DNA of 64,000 nucleotides from an uncultured Candidatus Saccharibacteria bacterium. Its GTDB lineage: Bacteria; Patescibacteriota; WWE3; 2-01-FULL-39-13. The notes beneath the pieces were generated by a model that saw only the letters and a program-made list of their open reading frames with translations, had not been told where the DNA came from and ran no database searches. The position numbers were made by a program, and so were the translations under genes. This document shows positions 29,266-39,519 of this stretch, in pieces. The stretch is taken from positions 536,935-600,934 of the forward strand of contig OZ246395.1 in the NCBI GenBank assembly GCA_965230915.1. The letters run 5' to 3'. The number at the start of each line of letters is the position of its first letter. The first letter of the stretch is position 1.

Positions 29266-29617
29266 AGCAAGATCCTTTCTGATCTTCAGTGAAAACGTAG
29301 TTTCGGCAACATCCGTCACTATCCCCATTCAGGAATTGATATCCGTCTTGTGTGAATACCAACTAGTAAGTCTTCGTCGACTTGCTAATAGTCTGCCTTA
29401 AAATCTCGCGTTTTTGCGAAATTTAGACGGATATAAAAATGGCAGATAAGCCACTTATAAATCCGTCTAAAAAAAGGCAAACTATAAAATAGCGTCGCAA
29501 TGCTCCTCGCATGTGCTTCGCAAAAGTAATCATCAGTTTTTAAAAGTGCTAAAACACCTGAAAATTTTAGCATCGATGGCAAGCTTGTCCAACCTATAAC
29601 CTTTGTCTACAGAAATT

Positions 29618-29645
29618 AAAAAAGGGAGCCGCTAAGCTCCCTTTT
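29618..29645 (-). terminator. intrinsic terminator of Clp ATPase gene
   Basis: AAAAAAGGGAGC-CGCTAA-GCTCCCTTTT. Confidence 0.8.
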
Positions 29646-29665
29646 ATTTTGATTCAACCAAGCCC

Positions 29666-31774
29666 TTAAGCCACAACCGATACCTTGCTGCTCTCTTTTA
29701 CTTCAATAACCAAACCATTCTTATCTGCGTCAATACTTATTGTGTCACCCTTCTTGGCACCATTATCAATTATTAATCCTGATACCTGGTTTTCAATCTC
29801 TTTTTGAATTAACCGCTTTATAGGTCTTGCACCCATTTCAACGTTATATCCACTTTCGGCCAAGTATTTCTTAGCTTTCTCGCTGAATTTAACGTTTATA
29901 CCCGTCTCAGTTAATAAGTTTGTGAGTTGTGATAATTCAATATCAACTATTTCTTCTATGTCTTTAATTCTTAATGGCCTGAAGATGACTATATCGTCAA
30001 TACGATTCAAGAATTCTGGTCTAAACTGAGCTTTTAATGAATCCTCTAATCTTGTTTTTATAGATTTATAAGCTTCATCGGCTACTTCATCTTCTTTCAT
30101 TTCAACTTCGGTAAAGCCTATTCTTTCCTTTTTTAGGTATTCTGACCCTACATTAGAAGTCATAATAATAATCGTATTCTTAAAATCTACGGTCATACCG
30201 TGACCATCTGTCATACGTCCGTCATCCATAACCTGCAAAAGAATATTAAAGACATCGGTATGAGCTTTTTCGATTTCATCGAATAATACGATACTGAATG
30301 GTTTTCTTTTTACTTTGTCGGTTAATTGACCGCCTTCTTCGAAACCAACGTAGCCTGGTGGCGAGCCGATTAGGCGAGCCACATTATGACGCTCGTTAAA
30401 TTCACTCATATCGACTCTTATTAAGTAATCTTCTGATCCATATAGTGTTTCTGCTAATGCTTTTGCTAGCTGGGTTTTTCCAACTCCAGTTGGTCCTAAG
30501 AACATAAATACGCCAATCGGTCTATTTAAATGGCGAACACCTGCTCTTGCACGACGAATAGCTTGAGCTACAATTTCGACCGGTTCATCTTGTCCAACAA
30601 CCTTTTTCTTTAATTCTTTTTCTAGATTTTGTAGTCTTAGTCTTTCATCTTGGGTTAATTCACTTAGTGGAATTCCAGTCGCAATCGAGACAACCGCTGC
30701 TACGTGTTTTTCATCCAAAACTGGAGTTTTTTCGAGTTTTGTTTGAACCCAAAGCTCTGTTAATTCTTTTTTGACTTGTGAAAGTCTTTCGATTTCTGCT
30801 TCTATTTTCTTTTGTTTTTCGATATCTTCTTCAGCCATTATTTCTCGATCGAGCTGCTCGAGTTGTGCTGTAACCTCTTTAAGGTTTTCTGGTTCTTGTG
30901 AAGCCAATTCTAGTCTTAAAGCTGCTCCAGCCTCGTCGATTAAATCTATAGCCTTATCAGGCAAAAATTTGTCTGAAATATATCTGGAAGAAAGCCTTAC
31001 TGCTGACTCAATAGCGTCGTTAGTGATTTTGATCTGGTGATGATCTTCGTAACTCTTTCTTAAGCCCTGTAAAATTCGCTTTGTGTGTTCGAATGATGGT
31101 TCATCGACCATTATCTGCTGAAATCTACGCTCTAAAGCAGCGTCTTTTTCAATAATTCTATATTCTTTTATAGTTGTTGCTCCGATTAGCTGAAGTTCAC
31201 CGCGAGCCAAATATGGTTTTAGAATATTGGCTGCATCCATTGAACCCTGAGCACTTCCTGCACCAATTAAGGTATGAAGCTCATCAATAAACAAGATTAC
31301 CTGACCTTTTGTCTTTATAACTTCTTCGATTATCTCTTTTAATCGTTTTTCAAAAGATCCTCGGTGAGCTGTTCCGGCAATCATGGCGGCTAAATCTAGC
31401 GCAACCAAGCGTTTATTTCGTAATGGCTCGGGAACACTTCCGTCATATAACTTTTGAGCCAAACCTTCAACTATTGCTGTTTTACCAACACCAGGTTCTC
31501 CGATTAAAACCGGATTATTCTTTTTTCTTCTTGAAAGTATATGAATCACACGATCAATCTCTTTTTCGCGACCAATAACAGGGTCTAATTTACCCTCACG
31601 AGCATAGTCGGTTAAGTCTTTGCTAAATTGATTAAGTGATTCTGTGACTTGAGATTCTTTTCTTAAATCTTCAAAACATTGTTCGCAAAGGGACATGTAA
31701 ACTAAGCGTCCATTTATATTCATTGCGGTTTGATGCTTTGCTTCTCGTTTTCTACAATTGCTACAAACTACCAT
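29666..31774 (-). CDS. Clp/Hsp100 ATPase with N-terminal C4 zinc finger (ClpE-like)
   Basis: CSNC...CEQC N-terminus; two AAA+ modules (GEPGVGKT, FIDELH; GPTGVGKT, FDEIEK); IGF ClpP-binding loop. Confidence 0.93.
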   Translation of the reverse strand: MVVCSNCRKREAKHQTAMNINGRLVYMSLCEQCFEDLRKESQVTESLNQFSKDLTDYAREGKLDPVIGREKEIDRVIHILSRRKKNNPVLIGEPGVGKTAIVEGLAQKLYDGSVPEPLRNKRLVALDLAAMIAGTAHRGSFEKRLKEIIEEVIKTKGQVILFIDELHTLIGAGSAQGSMDAANILKPYLARGELQLIGATTIKEYRIIEKDAALERRFQQIMVDEPSFEHTKRILQGLRKSYEDHHQIKITNDAIESAVRLSSRYISDKFLPDKAIDLIDEAGAALRLELASQEPENLKEVTAQLEQLDREIMAEEDIEKQKKIEAEIERLSQVKKELTELWVQTKLEKTPVLDEKHVAAVVSIATGIPLSELTQDERLRLQNLEKELKKKVVGQDEPVEIVAQAIRRARAGVRHLNRPIGVFMFLGPTGVGKTQLAKALAETLYGSEDYLIRVDMSEFNERHNVARLIGSPPGYVGFEEGGQLTDKVKRKPFSIVLFDEIEKAHTDVFNILLQVMDDGRMTDGHGMTVDFKNTIIIMTSNVGSEYLKKERIGFTEVEMKEDEVADEAYKSIKTRLEDSLKAQFRPEFLNRIDDIVIFRPLRIKDIEEIVDIELSQLTNLLTETGINVKFSEKAKKYLAESGYNVEMGARPIKRLIQKEIENQVSGLIIDNGAKKGDTISIDADKNGLVIEVKESSKVSVVA

Positions 31775-31874
31775 TTATATATGTTTTTTGCGGGGAAGTA
31801 GCTAAGCGACATGTTTTGCTACCTCATCGCTTAAATAATTAAATGCTTACTAAACTGAGTAAGCAAAACCGATA

Positions 31875-31901
31875 TTATCACTCTCAAGGTTAAATTGCTA
31901 G
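31875..31901. promoter_or_regulatory. CIRCE-like HrcA operator overlapping Clp promoter
   Basis: TTATCACTC-N9-AATTGCTAG versus consensus TTAGCACTC-N9-GAGTGCTAA (8/9 and 6/9 matches). Confidence 0.65.
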
Positions 31902-31928
31902 TACCAAAATTGACGTATGTATTTTATC

Positions 31929-34900
31929 TTAATATGACTTGACCATTTTTTCTACCAATGAAAGTTTCGCAATAATATTATCTAAAACGTCCTGACTAAC
32001 TTTTCGGGTTACCTTAAATTTCCGTTCCTTACCTTCATTTTTTAGACAAACAATAACTTCAACATCACCAGGGTTCTCTAATAAAATATCCCGAAGCTGA
32101 GCAAGGTCATTTTGATTTGCAGACTCATGAATTATTAAAGTCACTTCTTTTTTAGCGGTCGCAAAATCTGAGACTTTCACTTCGCTAGTCGGATCAGATT
32201 CGTTTTCTTCCTCTGCACGGTCTAAATTTTTGATCATGTTAATCATTATGCTGATTTCGCCGTTTCGTTTGTTGCATCTTCCTGAGATTAAAACTACTTC
32301 ACCTTCTGCAATTTTGCCTTTGTATTTAACAAAATCTTTTGGAAATAAAACCGAATCCCAACTTTTATTCATGTCTTCTAGAGTTAAAAAGGCCATTGGA
32401 TCACCATTTTTTGTTGTGATATTTTTTATCCTGGAAATTAATCCGGCACCTGTGATTGATTTACCATCATCGGGCATTGTTTCGCTAATTTGTAAAATTC
32501 TTTCGTTCTTAAACATATCCATATAACGGGTAAGAGGATGTGAGCTGAAATAAATTCCCAAAAGTTCCCGTTCCCAACCCAGTCTTTGAGATACTGGAAT
32601 ATCAGGAGCATCTGGAATTGGAGTCGCCGCTATCATCGCGTCTTCCTTTTTTTCGCCTCCGCCAAAAATATCTAGCTGATCGACTTTTTTAGCTTTAGCT
32701 TCTTTGCTTCTCTTTGAGAGTAAATCCGGATAAAGTTTTAAAAGCCCACTTTGTCGACCAAGCGCGTTCATAGCTCCAACTTTTATTAAAGCATCCACCG
32801 TTCGCGAATTCGAAGATGGAACTCGGGCAATAAAGTCGTCTAAGCTTTTAAATTCTCCTTTTTCAATTCTAGATGCTACAAGTTCTTCGACAATATTGTG
32901 ACCAACATTTTTTATTCCATCTAAACCAAATCTCAAAGCTTTTTCTCCGCCTTCAGGAGTAAACTCAGAAAAACTCTTATTTATATCAGGCGCTAAAATT
33001 TCCAGATTCATATGTTTGGCTTCTTCTAAAGCCACAGTTAATTTATCTGGAAAATTCATGACCGATGTCATACGTGCTGCCATAAATTCTAATGGATAAT
33101 GTGCTTTAAGATATGCGGTCCAATATCCTAAAACAGCATAAGTTGCAGAGTGAGCTTTATTAAAACCATAGTTTGCAAATTCAACAAGATAATCAAAAAG
33201 TTTTGTAGCGATTTCTTCTGAAAATCCATTTTTAATACATCCAGCTTTAAATGTTTCTCCTTCTTTCTGCATTATTGCCATGACTTTTTTACCCATAGCA
33301 CGACGCAAAACATCTGCTTGTCCCATTGAGTAACCTGCAATATCAACTGCTATTCTTAAAACTTGTTCTTGATAAATGATATATCCAAATGTGTTTCCTA
33401 ATATTGGTTCTAGTTCTGGAGTAATGTATTCAGGTTGCTTTTTGCCGTGCTTACAGTCAATATAACCTTGAATAAATTGCATTGGACCTGGTCGATACGC
33501 AGCAGCCATAAAACATAAATCTTCTAAAGTCTCGGGATGCAATTCTTTTAAGAATCTTTTCATTCCAGCAGATTCAAATTGAAAAACCCCCGTTGTATTG
33601 CCATCTTGAAATAATTTGTAGGTTTTTTGGTCGTCGTATGGAACATTATAAATATCGATATCAATATTGTGACGGGCTTTAACGAGTTTTATTGTGTAGT
33701 CGATAATTGAAAGATTTTGTAATCCAAGAAAATCAAACTTCATTAAATCTAAATATTCGAGAGGACCCATTTCTAGCTGTGTAATGACTTTATCTTCGCT
33801 TCCACTTTCAAATTGGACTGGAACATAATCGGTAATCGGGTTGGGAGTGATTAAATATCCGCTCGCGTGTGTTGATGCATGTCGACACATTCCTTCAATT
33901 CGTGAAACAATATTCGCCATTTGAGTTAACTTGGCATCTGAGTCAACCATATTCTTAAACTCGCTGCTATGTTCCATCATCCATGAAATTGGTTTAGGCT
34001 TTCCAAAATTCACTTCAACCATTTTCGAAAGAGTGTCAGCAATATTTAGGTCAATGTTTAATACTCTCGATACATCGCGAATTGCGATACGAGTTGCAAG
34101 TTTTCCAAATGTAATAATTCCGCAAAAACTATCTTTGCCATATTTTTCTTCGACGTATTTTAATACTTCGTCGCGACGTGAATCCTGAATATCCATATCA
34201 ATATCTGGAGGACTCGGACGTTCAGGATTTAAGAAACGTTCAAAATATAATTCCCAACCTATAGGTTCGATGTTAATAATTCCTAAACAATAGGCAACGG
34301 CGCTTCCACCGACGGATCCTCGAGCTCCGACAATTATTTTCTGTTCTCGTGCCCAATTCAAAATATCGCGAACAACTAAAAAATAGTCATCGTAACCCTT
34401 ATCGTGAATAACACCGAGTTCCATTTCTAAACGTTCTTTAATTTCCGGTGTTACATCTTTATATAACTTTTCAGCACCTTCAAAAGTTAATTGCTTAAGA
34501 AGTTCTTCTGAAGTAATACCTTCTGGCATATCAGGATACCTTGGCTGAACACGGTCATATCCGACTTTATAAAATTCGACTTTATCGGCGATTTTTTGTG
34601 TATTTTCTAAAACCTCCGGAATATCCGACCAAATTCTGGCCATCTCATCTGCAGGTTTTATATAAGTATGTTTATATGCACGCCGGCGTTCAGGATCGTC
34701 AATTTTTCTTCCATCTTTAATTGCAAATAAAACTTCCTGTGTTTGTTCGTCGTCTGCGGTCAAATAATGTGCATCAGTTGTTGCGACAAGCGGAATATTA
34801 TACTTTTTAGCCCATTCGCGTATCTGCAAATTAATTTTGACTTGCTCCTTCATGAAGTTAAACTGCTCTTCTTCAAAATCTTTCGGATTTAAATCAGAAA

Positions 34901-35468
34901 CATCATCTTTGCCTTCAAAACCATGTCGTTGGAGTTCCAAATAAAAATCATCTTTATATATACCGTGTAAGATTTTTAGCCACTCTTCAGCTTTGGCAGG
35001 TTCGTCGCGCAAAATGTGACGACCTAGAGGTCCCGCTGGACAAGCTGACGTACAAATAATTCCTTCTGAATATTCTTTTAGGAGTTCTACATCTGCACGC
35101 GGTTTATAATAGTAACCTTCAATTTGTGCGCGTGAGACCAATTTTATTAAGTTATGATAACCGGTTAAATTTTTTGCGAGTAAAAGCAAATGATAATATT
35201 TGATTCCGTCAACTTCTTCGCGTAATTGACGACCAGTTGGAGAAACATAAATTTCACATCCAATAATTGGTTTTATTTCAGCCTCTTTGCAATTTTTCCA
35301 GAATTCGTACATGCCATACATTACACCGTGGTCGGTCAATGCAATCGCATTCATTCCCAACTCTTTTGCATACGTGACCATTTTAGGAATTCTATTGAGG
35401 CCATCGAGCATTGAATACTCGGTATGGACGTGCAAATGCACGAATGGCAGATTTGACGTTTCGTTCAT
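31929..35468 (-). CDS. dnaE: DNA polymerase III alpha subunit
   Basis: PHP domain HLHVHTEYS; FERFLNPER, PDIDMD; KFDFLGL; YGFNKAHS; OB domain. Confidence 0.98.
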   Translation of the reverse strand: MNETSNLPFVHLHVHTEYSMLDGLNRIPKMVTYAKELGMNAIALTDHGVMYGMYEFWKNCKEAEIKPIIGCEIYVSPTGRQLREEVDGIKYYHLLLLAKNLTGYHNLIKLVSRAQIEGYYYKPRADVELLKEYSEGIICTSACPAGPLGRHILRDEPAKAEEWLKILHGIYKDDFYLELQRHGFEGKDDVSDLNPKDFEEEQFNFMKEQVKINLQIREWAKKYNIPLVATTDAHYLTADDEQTQEVLFAIKDGRKIDDPERRRAYKHTYIKPADEMARIWSDIPEVLENTQKIADKVEFYKVGYDRVQPRYPDMPEGITSEELLKQLTFEGAEKLYKDVTPEIKERLEMELGVIHDKGYDDYFLVVRDILNWAREQKIIVGARGSVGGSAVAYCLGIINIEPIGWELYFERFLNPERPSPPDIDMDIQDSRRDEVLKYVEEKYGKDSFCGIITFGKLATRIAIRDVSRVLNIDLNIADTLSKMVEVNFGKPKPISWMMEHSSEFKNMVDSDAKLTQMANIVSRIEGMCRHASTHASGYLITPNPITDYVPVQFESGSEDKVITQLEMGPLEYLDLMKFDFLGLQNLSIIDYTIKLVKARHNIDIDIYNVPYDDQKTYKLFQDGNTTGVFQFESAGMKRFLKELHPETLEDLCFMAAAYRPGPMQFIQGYIDCKHGKKQPEYITPELEPILGNTFGYIIYQEQVLRIAVDIAGYSMGQADVLRRAMGKKVMAIMQKEGETFKAGCIKNGFSEEIATKLFDYLVEFANYGFNKAHSATYAVLGYWTAYLKAHYPLEFMAARMTSVMNFPDKLTVALEEAKHMNLEILAPDINKSFSEFTPEGGEKALRFGLDGIKNVGHNIVEELVASRIEKGEFKSLDDFIARVPSSNSRTVDALIKVGAMNALGRQSGLLKLYPDLLSKRSKEAKAKKVDQLDIFGGGEKKEDAMIAATPIPDAPDIPVSQRLGWERELLGIYFSSHPLTRYMDMFKNERILQISETMPDDGKSITGAGLISRIKNITTKNGDPMAFLTLEDMNKSWDSVLFPKDFVKYKGKIAEGEVVLISGRCNKRNGEISIMINMIKNLDRAEEENESDPTSEVKVSDFATAKKEVTLIIHESANQNDLAQLRDILLENPGDVEVIVCLKNEGKERKFKVTRKVSQDVLDNIIAKLSLVEKMVKSY

Positions 35469-35528
35469 ATGGATGTTCTTATACTAACGCACCCGAAGAA
35501 GACGCACAACAGGATTATAAAGCTTAAT

Positions 35529-36173
35529 TTACTGACTAATTTGTGGTAATAAATATTCTTCGATAGGCTCCTTATATAAGAGCCAATTATGATGATGGTT
35601 TGGAACGGACACTAAAGCTGTTTTTTGGAATAATTCTTTGTACTTTTCATATTTAGTAATTGGACAAATTAAATCTTTTTCACTCCAGACAAAAGTTGCA
35701 TCTAATTCTAGTTTTTTATCAAAATTAATTTTCTTATTATAGTTTTGCTGTAAATAAGCAATATCAATTAATGGAAATAGCATTTTATGCGCCGTCTTAA
35801 TTGCATCAAAAAGCTGATTCTGTTTATACATGTCTAAAACTCTGTAGTAAGAAGATGTAAAAGAATTTCCGACATTTTCGATCAAAGGATTAACAAAGAT
35901 TATTTTTGCAGGCTTAAAATCGTGGTTTTTGAAATAATCATATAGAAAAGATCCTCCCATCGAATAGGCAATCAAAATAGTATCTTTAAAGTCATCCTCT
36001 TTTAATTCATCGAGAATTTTAGCGAAAACTTCATCGTTTAAAGTATTACCAAATCCCCTATATTTTTTATAATCGAGAACCTTACAGTCTATATTATGCG
36101 AGGAAAATATTTCAGAAAGAAGTGAAAATTTTTCGGCTGAATCCCAAAAACCAGGTGTAAATATTACTTTCAT
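35529..36173 (-). CDS. alpha/beta hydrolase
   Basis: TPGF, AYSMGG nucleophile elbow, WSEKDLI, HHH. Confidence 0.75.
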   Translation of the reverse strand: MKVIFTPGFWDSAEKFSLLSEIFSSHNIDCKVLDYKKYRGFGNTLNDEVFAKILDELKEDDFKDTILIAYSMGGSFLYDYFKNHDFKPAKIIFVNPLIENVGNSFTSSYYRVLDMYKQNQLFDAIKTAHKMLFPLIDIAYLQQNYNKKINFDKKLELDATFVWSEKDLICPITKYEKYKELFQKTALVSVPNHHHNWLLYKEPIEEYLLPQISQ

Positions 36174-36174
36174 A

Positions 36175-37476
36175 TTAATTATTCATTTGCTCTATTAGAA
36201 GTTTTCTGGCGACAGCAGCATCGGCCTTTCCGCGCGATTCTTTCATAACCTGTCCGATTAAGAATTGTAATGAATTTTCGTTTCCATTATTATAGTCACT
36301 TACCGCTTTTTCGTTTGCAGCAATTACTTTATCGATTATTTCCATTAATGCGCCTTCGTCTGTGACTTTATCGGCTGATTTTGATTTTTCTAGCTCGATT
36401 ATTTCTGCGGCCGTTTTATCTTTATATTCTGCAATATTTATTACCAAATTTGCGGCTTTTGCATCGGTAATTCCACCTAAAACCAATTCGTTATATTTTG
36501 TGAATAAATTTGTATCGTTAATTAAAACTTCGATATTTTGTTTACCTAAACCTTTTGATAATAGTTGTTCACGTTTTTCATGTGGAAGCTCAGGCATTGA
36601 ATTTTTAATCTCGCTCATCCATACGTCATCAATTTCAATCGGGGGAATATCCGGATCGGGAAAATATCTGTAATCGTTCGCTTCTTCTTTGCTTCTTTGT
36701 GTAAAAGTCTGGCCGGTAGTTTCGTTGTAACCGCGAGTTTCCTGATCAAGTTTTTCTCCTTTTTCTAAAGCTTCAGACTGGCGCTTCATTTCATAATCGA
36801 GTGCTTTTTTCATAAAGCCAAAAGAATTTATATTTTTTAACTCAACTCGATAATTTGGAAGCTCAGTCTCTCCAACTTTTCGCATGGAAATATTTGCTTC
36901 TAAACGCATATGGCCTTTTTCCATATCCGCTTCGCTGATTCCTAAAGTTCGTGCTAGTAATTGAATTTCTTTGCAGTAAGTTACGGCATCTTCGATAGAA
37001 TGAAAATCCGGTTCAGTTACTATCTCAAGTAGCGGAACTCCGGCTTTGTTGTAATCTAGATAAGTTTTGTTGCCTTTATGCTGAGATTTTCCGGTATCTT
37101 CTTCTAAATGGACTTCACGTAATCGAATTTTTAGCCCATCTTTAAAATAAGAAAGTTCGATTGATCCGCCAACTCCAACAGCATAATGCGGACAAGTAAT
37201 TTGATACCCCTTTGGCAAATCTGGATAAAAATAGTTTTTACGCTCGAAAATAATTTTATTATTTAAGGTGGAGTTCATAGCGAGCGCAAACTTTTGGGCA
37301 GACATAAGCGCCAACTTATTTGGAACTGGCATAGCTCCAGGTAGCCCCAAACAAACTGGTGTTACATTATGATTTGCTTCACTAAAAAATGGATCGTTTT
37401 TTGCACGACTAAACATTTTATAATCACTCTTTAATTGCATGTGGATTTCGAGTCCAAGTACTAGTTCGTAGTTCAT
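36175..37476 (-). CDS. gatB: Asp/Glu-tRNA amidotransferase subunit B
   Basis: True start MNYELVLGLEIH at 37476; RKNYFYPDLPKGYQI, HLEEDTGK, DYRYFPDPD. Confidence 0.97.
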   Translation of the reverse strand: MNYELVLGLEIHMQLKSDYKMFSRAKNDPFFSEANHNVTPVCLGLPGAMPVPNKLALMSAQKFALAMNSTLNNKIIFERKNYFYPDLPKGYQITCPHYAVGVGGSIELSYFKDGLKIRLREVHLEEDTGKSQHKGNKTYLDYNKAGVPLLEIVTEPDFHSIEDAVTYCKEIQLLARTLGISEADMEKGHMRLEANISMRKVGETELPNYRVELKNINSFGFMKKALDYEMKRQSEALEKGEKLDQETRGYNETTGQTFTQRSKEEANDYRYFPDPDIPPIEIDDVWMSEIKNSMPELPHEKREQLLSKGLGKQNIEVLINDTNLFTKYNELVLGGITDAKAANLVINIAEYKDKTAAEIIELEKSKSADKVTDEGALMEIIDKVIAANEKAVSDYNNGNENSLQFLIGQVMKESRGKADAAVARKLLIEQMNN

Positions 37477-37820
37477 TTTTTGGATTTTAAATATATGAAT
37501 AACAAAAAATGTAAAATAATATAAGTAGAATAGAATATTATTATCCCGGTAATAACTGGCATAAATATATCCCAAGTTAATACACCAAAAACGCACCTTT
37601 CGTAATAATTAGCATCTCTACAATAATAATTATCAATTATTGATGTCCCATAAGAGAAAATACTAGTTATTAATAAAAGCAGAATAGAAAAAATACTAAA
37701 GCGTATTAATCCAATTTCTTTTTTTAAATTTAAAAAAGATATCAATGGAACTGAAATAATTGATAGGAATAATATTATGAGAAACACACCCTGAACAACA
37801 TCCATAGATATTCCCATCAT
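37473..37820 (-). CDS. AT-rich small membrane protein inserted in gat operon
   Basis: Three hydrophobic segments; 4-bp overlaps with both gatA and gatB. Confidence 0.6.
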   Translation of the reverse strand: MMGISMDVVQGVFLIILFLSIISVPLISFLNLKKEIGLIRFSIFSILLLLITSIFSYGTSIIDNYYCRDANYYERCVFGVLTWDIFMPVITGIIIFYSTYIILHFLLFIYLKSKK

Positions 37821-39229
37821 TTAGCCCTCCTCTCACCAAACTTAATCTCCTGCTCATAGGCATAACCAACCTTAAACAATAATCCTTCTGTAAAATGATC
37901 TCCAATAAGTTGAATTCCGATTGGCAAATTTTCTTTGCTAAAACCAGCTGGAACCGATAACGCTGGTAATCCTGCTAAATTAACAGGAACAGTCAAAATA
38001 TCCATCAAATACATTTTAATTGGGTCTTCAGTATTCTCTCCAATTTTTGGCGGAAGTACTGGCGAAACCGGTCCTAAAATTACATCAACTTCTTTAAATG
38101 CTTTTTTGAAATCTTCAATAATTAGTGTTCGAACTTTTTGTGCTTTTAAATAATATGCATCGTAAAACCCTGCTGATAATGTATAAGTCCCAAGCATTAT
38201 TCTGCGTTTTGCTTCATCGCCGAATTTATCGCGACCGTGACCGAATCGGATTCCATCAAAACGCCCTAAGTTTGAAGAAACTTCACTCGGCGTGACTATA
38301 TAATAGACAGCCAACGCATATTCACTTGTTGGCAGAGAAATCTCTTTTATTTCTGCCCCAAGTTCTTTAAATTTTCCGATAGCATCTTTAGTTGCTTGTA
38401 AAACTTCAGTATCAACTGCATCGGATAAATATTCTTTTGGAATTCCAATTTTTAAACCTTTGACTCCATCTTTTATATTCGCTAAGTAATCTGGAATATT
38501 TTCTTTTGAAGAAGTTGCATCATTCGGATCAAACCCTGCAGTAATTTGCAAAACTCGAGCTGAATCCTCAACTGTTTTTGTAATATGCCCAACCGAATCT
38601 AAAGATGATGCCATTGCAATTACTCCATACCTCGAAACTCTTCCATATGTTGGTTTTATAGCAACGGTATTTGTAAATGAAGCTGGATTTCGTAAAGATC
38701 CACCGGTGTCAGTTCCGGTTGAAACAACTGTGAAATCTGAAGCAACCGAAGCGCCAGTTCCACTTGAAGATCCACCGGCAACTCGTGATAAATCATATGG
38801 ATTTTTAGTAGCTCCAAAATCGCTATTTTCACCACTAGCACCGTGCGCGAATGCATCGCAATTTAATTTTCCTAAAACGATTGCGCCTGCAGCTGCAATT
38901 TTGCGAACAACAGTTGCATCGTAAGGCGGAATATATCCTTTTAAAATGTTTGATGCAGCAGTTGTTTCAATGCCTTTTGTAGAAATAATATCTTTATGCC
39001 CGAATGGAATTCCAAGTAACGGTTTTTCTACAAACAATTTTTCTAAATCTGAAGACGATGCAATGAGCTCATCAACATTTTTAGCTTCTGCTCTCGCTGA
39101 ATCAAAAGTTTTAGTTATAAATGAATTAATTTCACCATCTTTGGCTTCAATATTTGAAATGTATTTTTCGATTAATTCTGAGGCAGTAATTTCTTTTGAC
39201 TTTAGTTTCTCTATTAAGTCTGAAATCAT
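37817..39229 (-). CDS. gatA: Asp/Glu-tRNA amidotransferase subunit A
   Basis: Amidase signature GGSSSG, GTDTGGSLRNPA, EAKRRIMLGT. Confidence 0.97.
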   Translation of the reverse strand: MISDLIEKLKSKEITASELIEKYISNIEAKDGEINSFITKTFDSARAEAKNVDELIASSSDLEKLFVEKPLLGIPFGHKDIISTKGIETTAASNILKGYIPPYDATVVRKIAAAGAIVLGKLNCDAFAHGASGENSDFGATKNPYDLSRVAGGSSSGTGASVASDFTVVSTGTDTGGSLRNPASFTNTVAIKPTYGRVSRYGVIAMASSLDSVGHITKTVEDSARVLQITAGFDPNDATSSKENIPDYLANIKDGVKGLKIGIPKEYLSDAVDTEVLQATKDAIGKFKELGAEIKEISLPTSEYALAVYYIVTPSEVSSNLGRFDGIRFGHGRDKFGDEAKRRIMLGTYTLSAGFYDAYYLKAQKVRTLIIEDFKKAFKEVDVILGPVSPVLPPKIGENTEDPIKMYLMDILTVPVNLAGLPALSVPAGFSKENLPIGIQLIGDHFTEGLLFKVGYAYEQEIKFGERRAK

Positions 39230-39510
39230 AAAACTGCTCCCGTTAAAATGTACTTACCATCTTTTTCTTTCGCATTTTTGGTGACATCGTTAACATCTAA
39301 TGCATTATCCATTCCGTCTTCTTGAAATCTGTTTTTTAAATCGCCTATTGGATGAAAGGTCGGTTCAACGTTCGAAGTATCGACTTCTTTAAGTTTATCT
39401 ACATAATCGAGGATCGGAGATAACTGCACCCGATACTTTTCGATTTGTTCATCTGTTAAATTTAGCCGGGCAAGTTTGGCGATGTGTAAGGTCTCTTCTT
39501 TGGTCAACAT
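39226..39510 (-). CDS. gatC: Asp/Glu-tRNA amidotransferase subunit C
   Basis: HIAKLARL, ILDYVDKLKEVDT, VEPT. Confidence 0.93.
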   Translation of the reverse strand: MLTKEETLHIAKLARLNLTDEQIEKYRVQLSPILDYVDKLKEVDTSNVEPTFHPIGDLKNRFQEDGMDNALDVNDVTKNAKEKDGKYILTGAVL

Positions 39511-39519
39511 AAGTTTGTC

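Noticed and set aside
26338-29292. Long plus-strand ORFs (268, 243 and 174 aa) inside the repeat-protein gene
   Set aside because: Antisense shadows of a GC-richer gene; no motifs or SD
37477-37596. 40-aa hydrophobic N-terminal extension of GatB
   Set aside because: It overlaps the inserted gene; the canonical GatB start is at 37476
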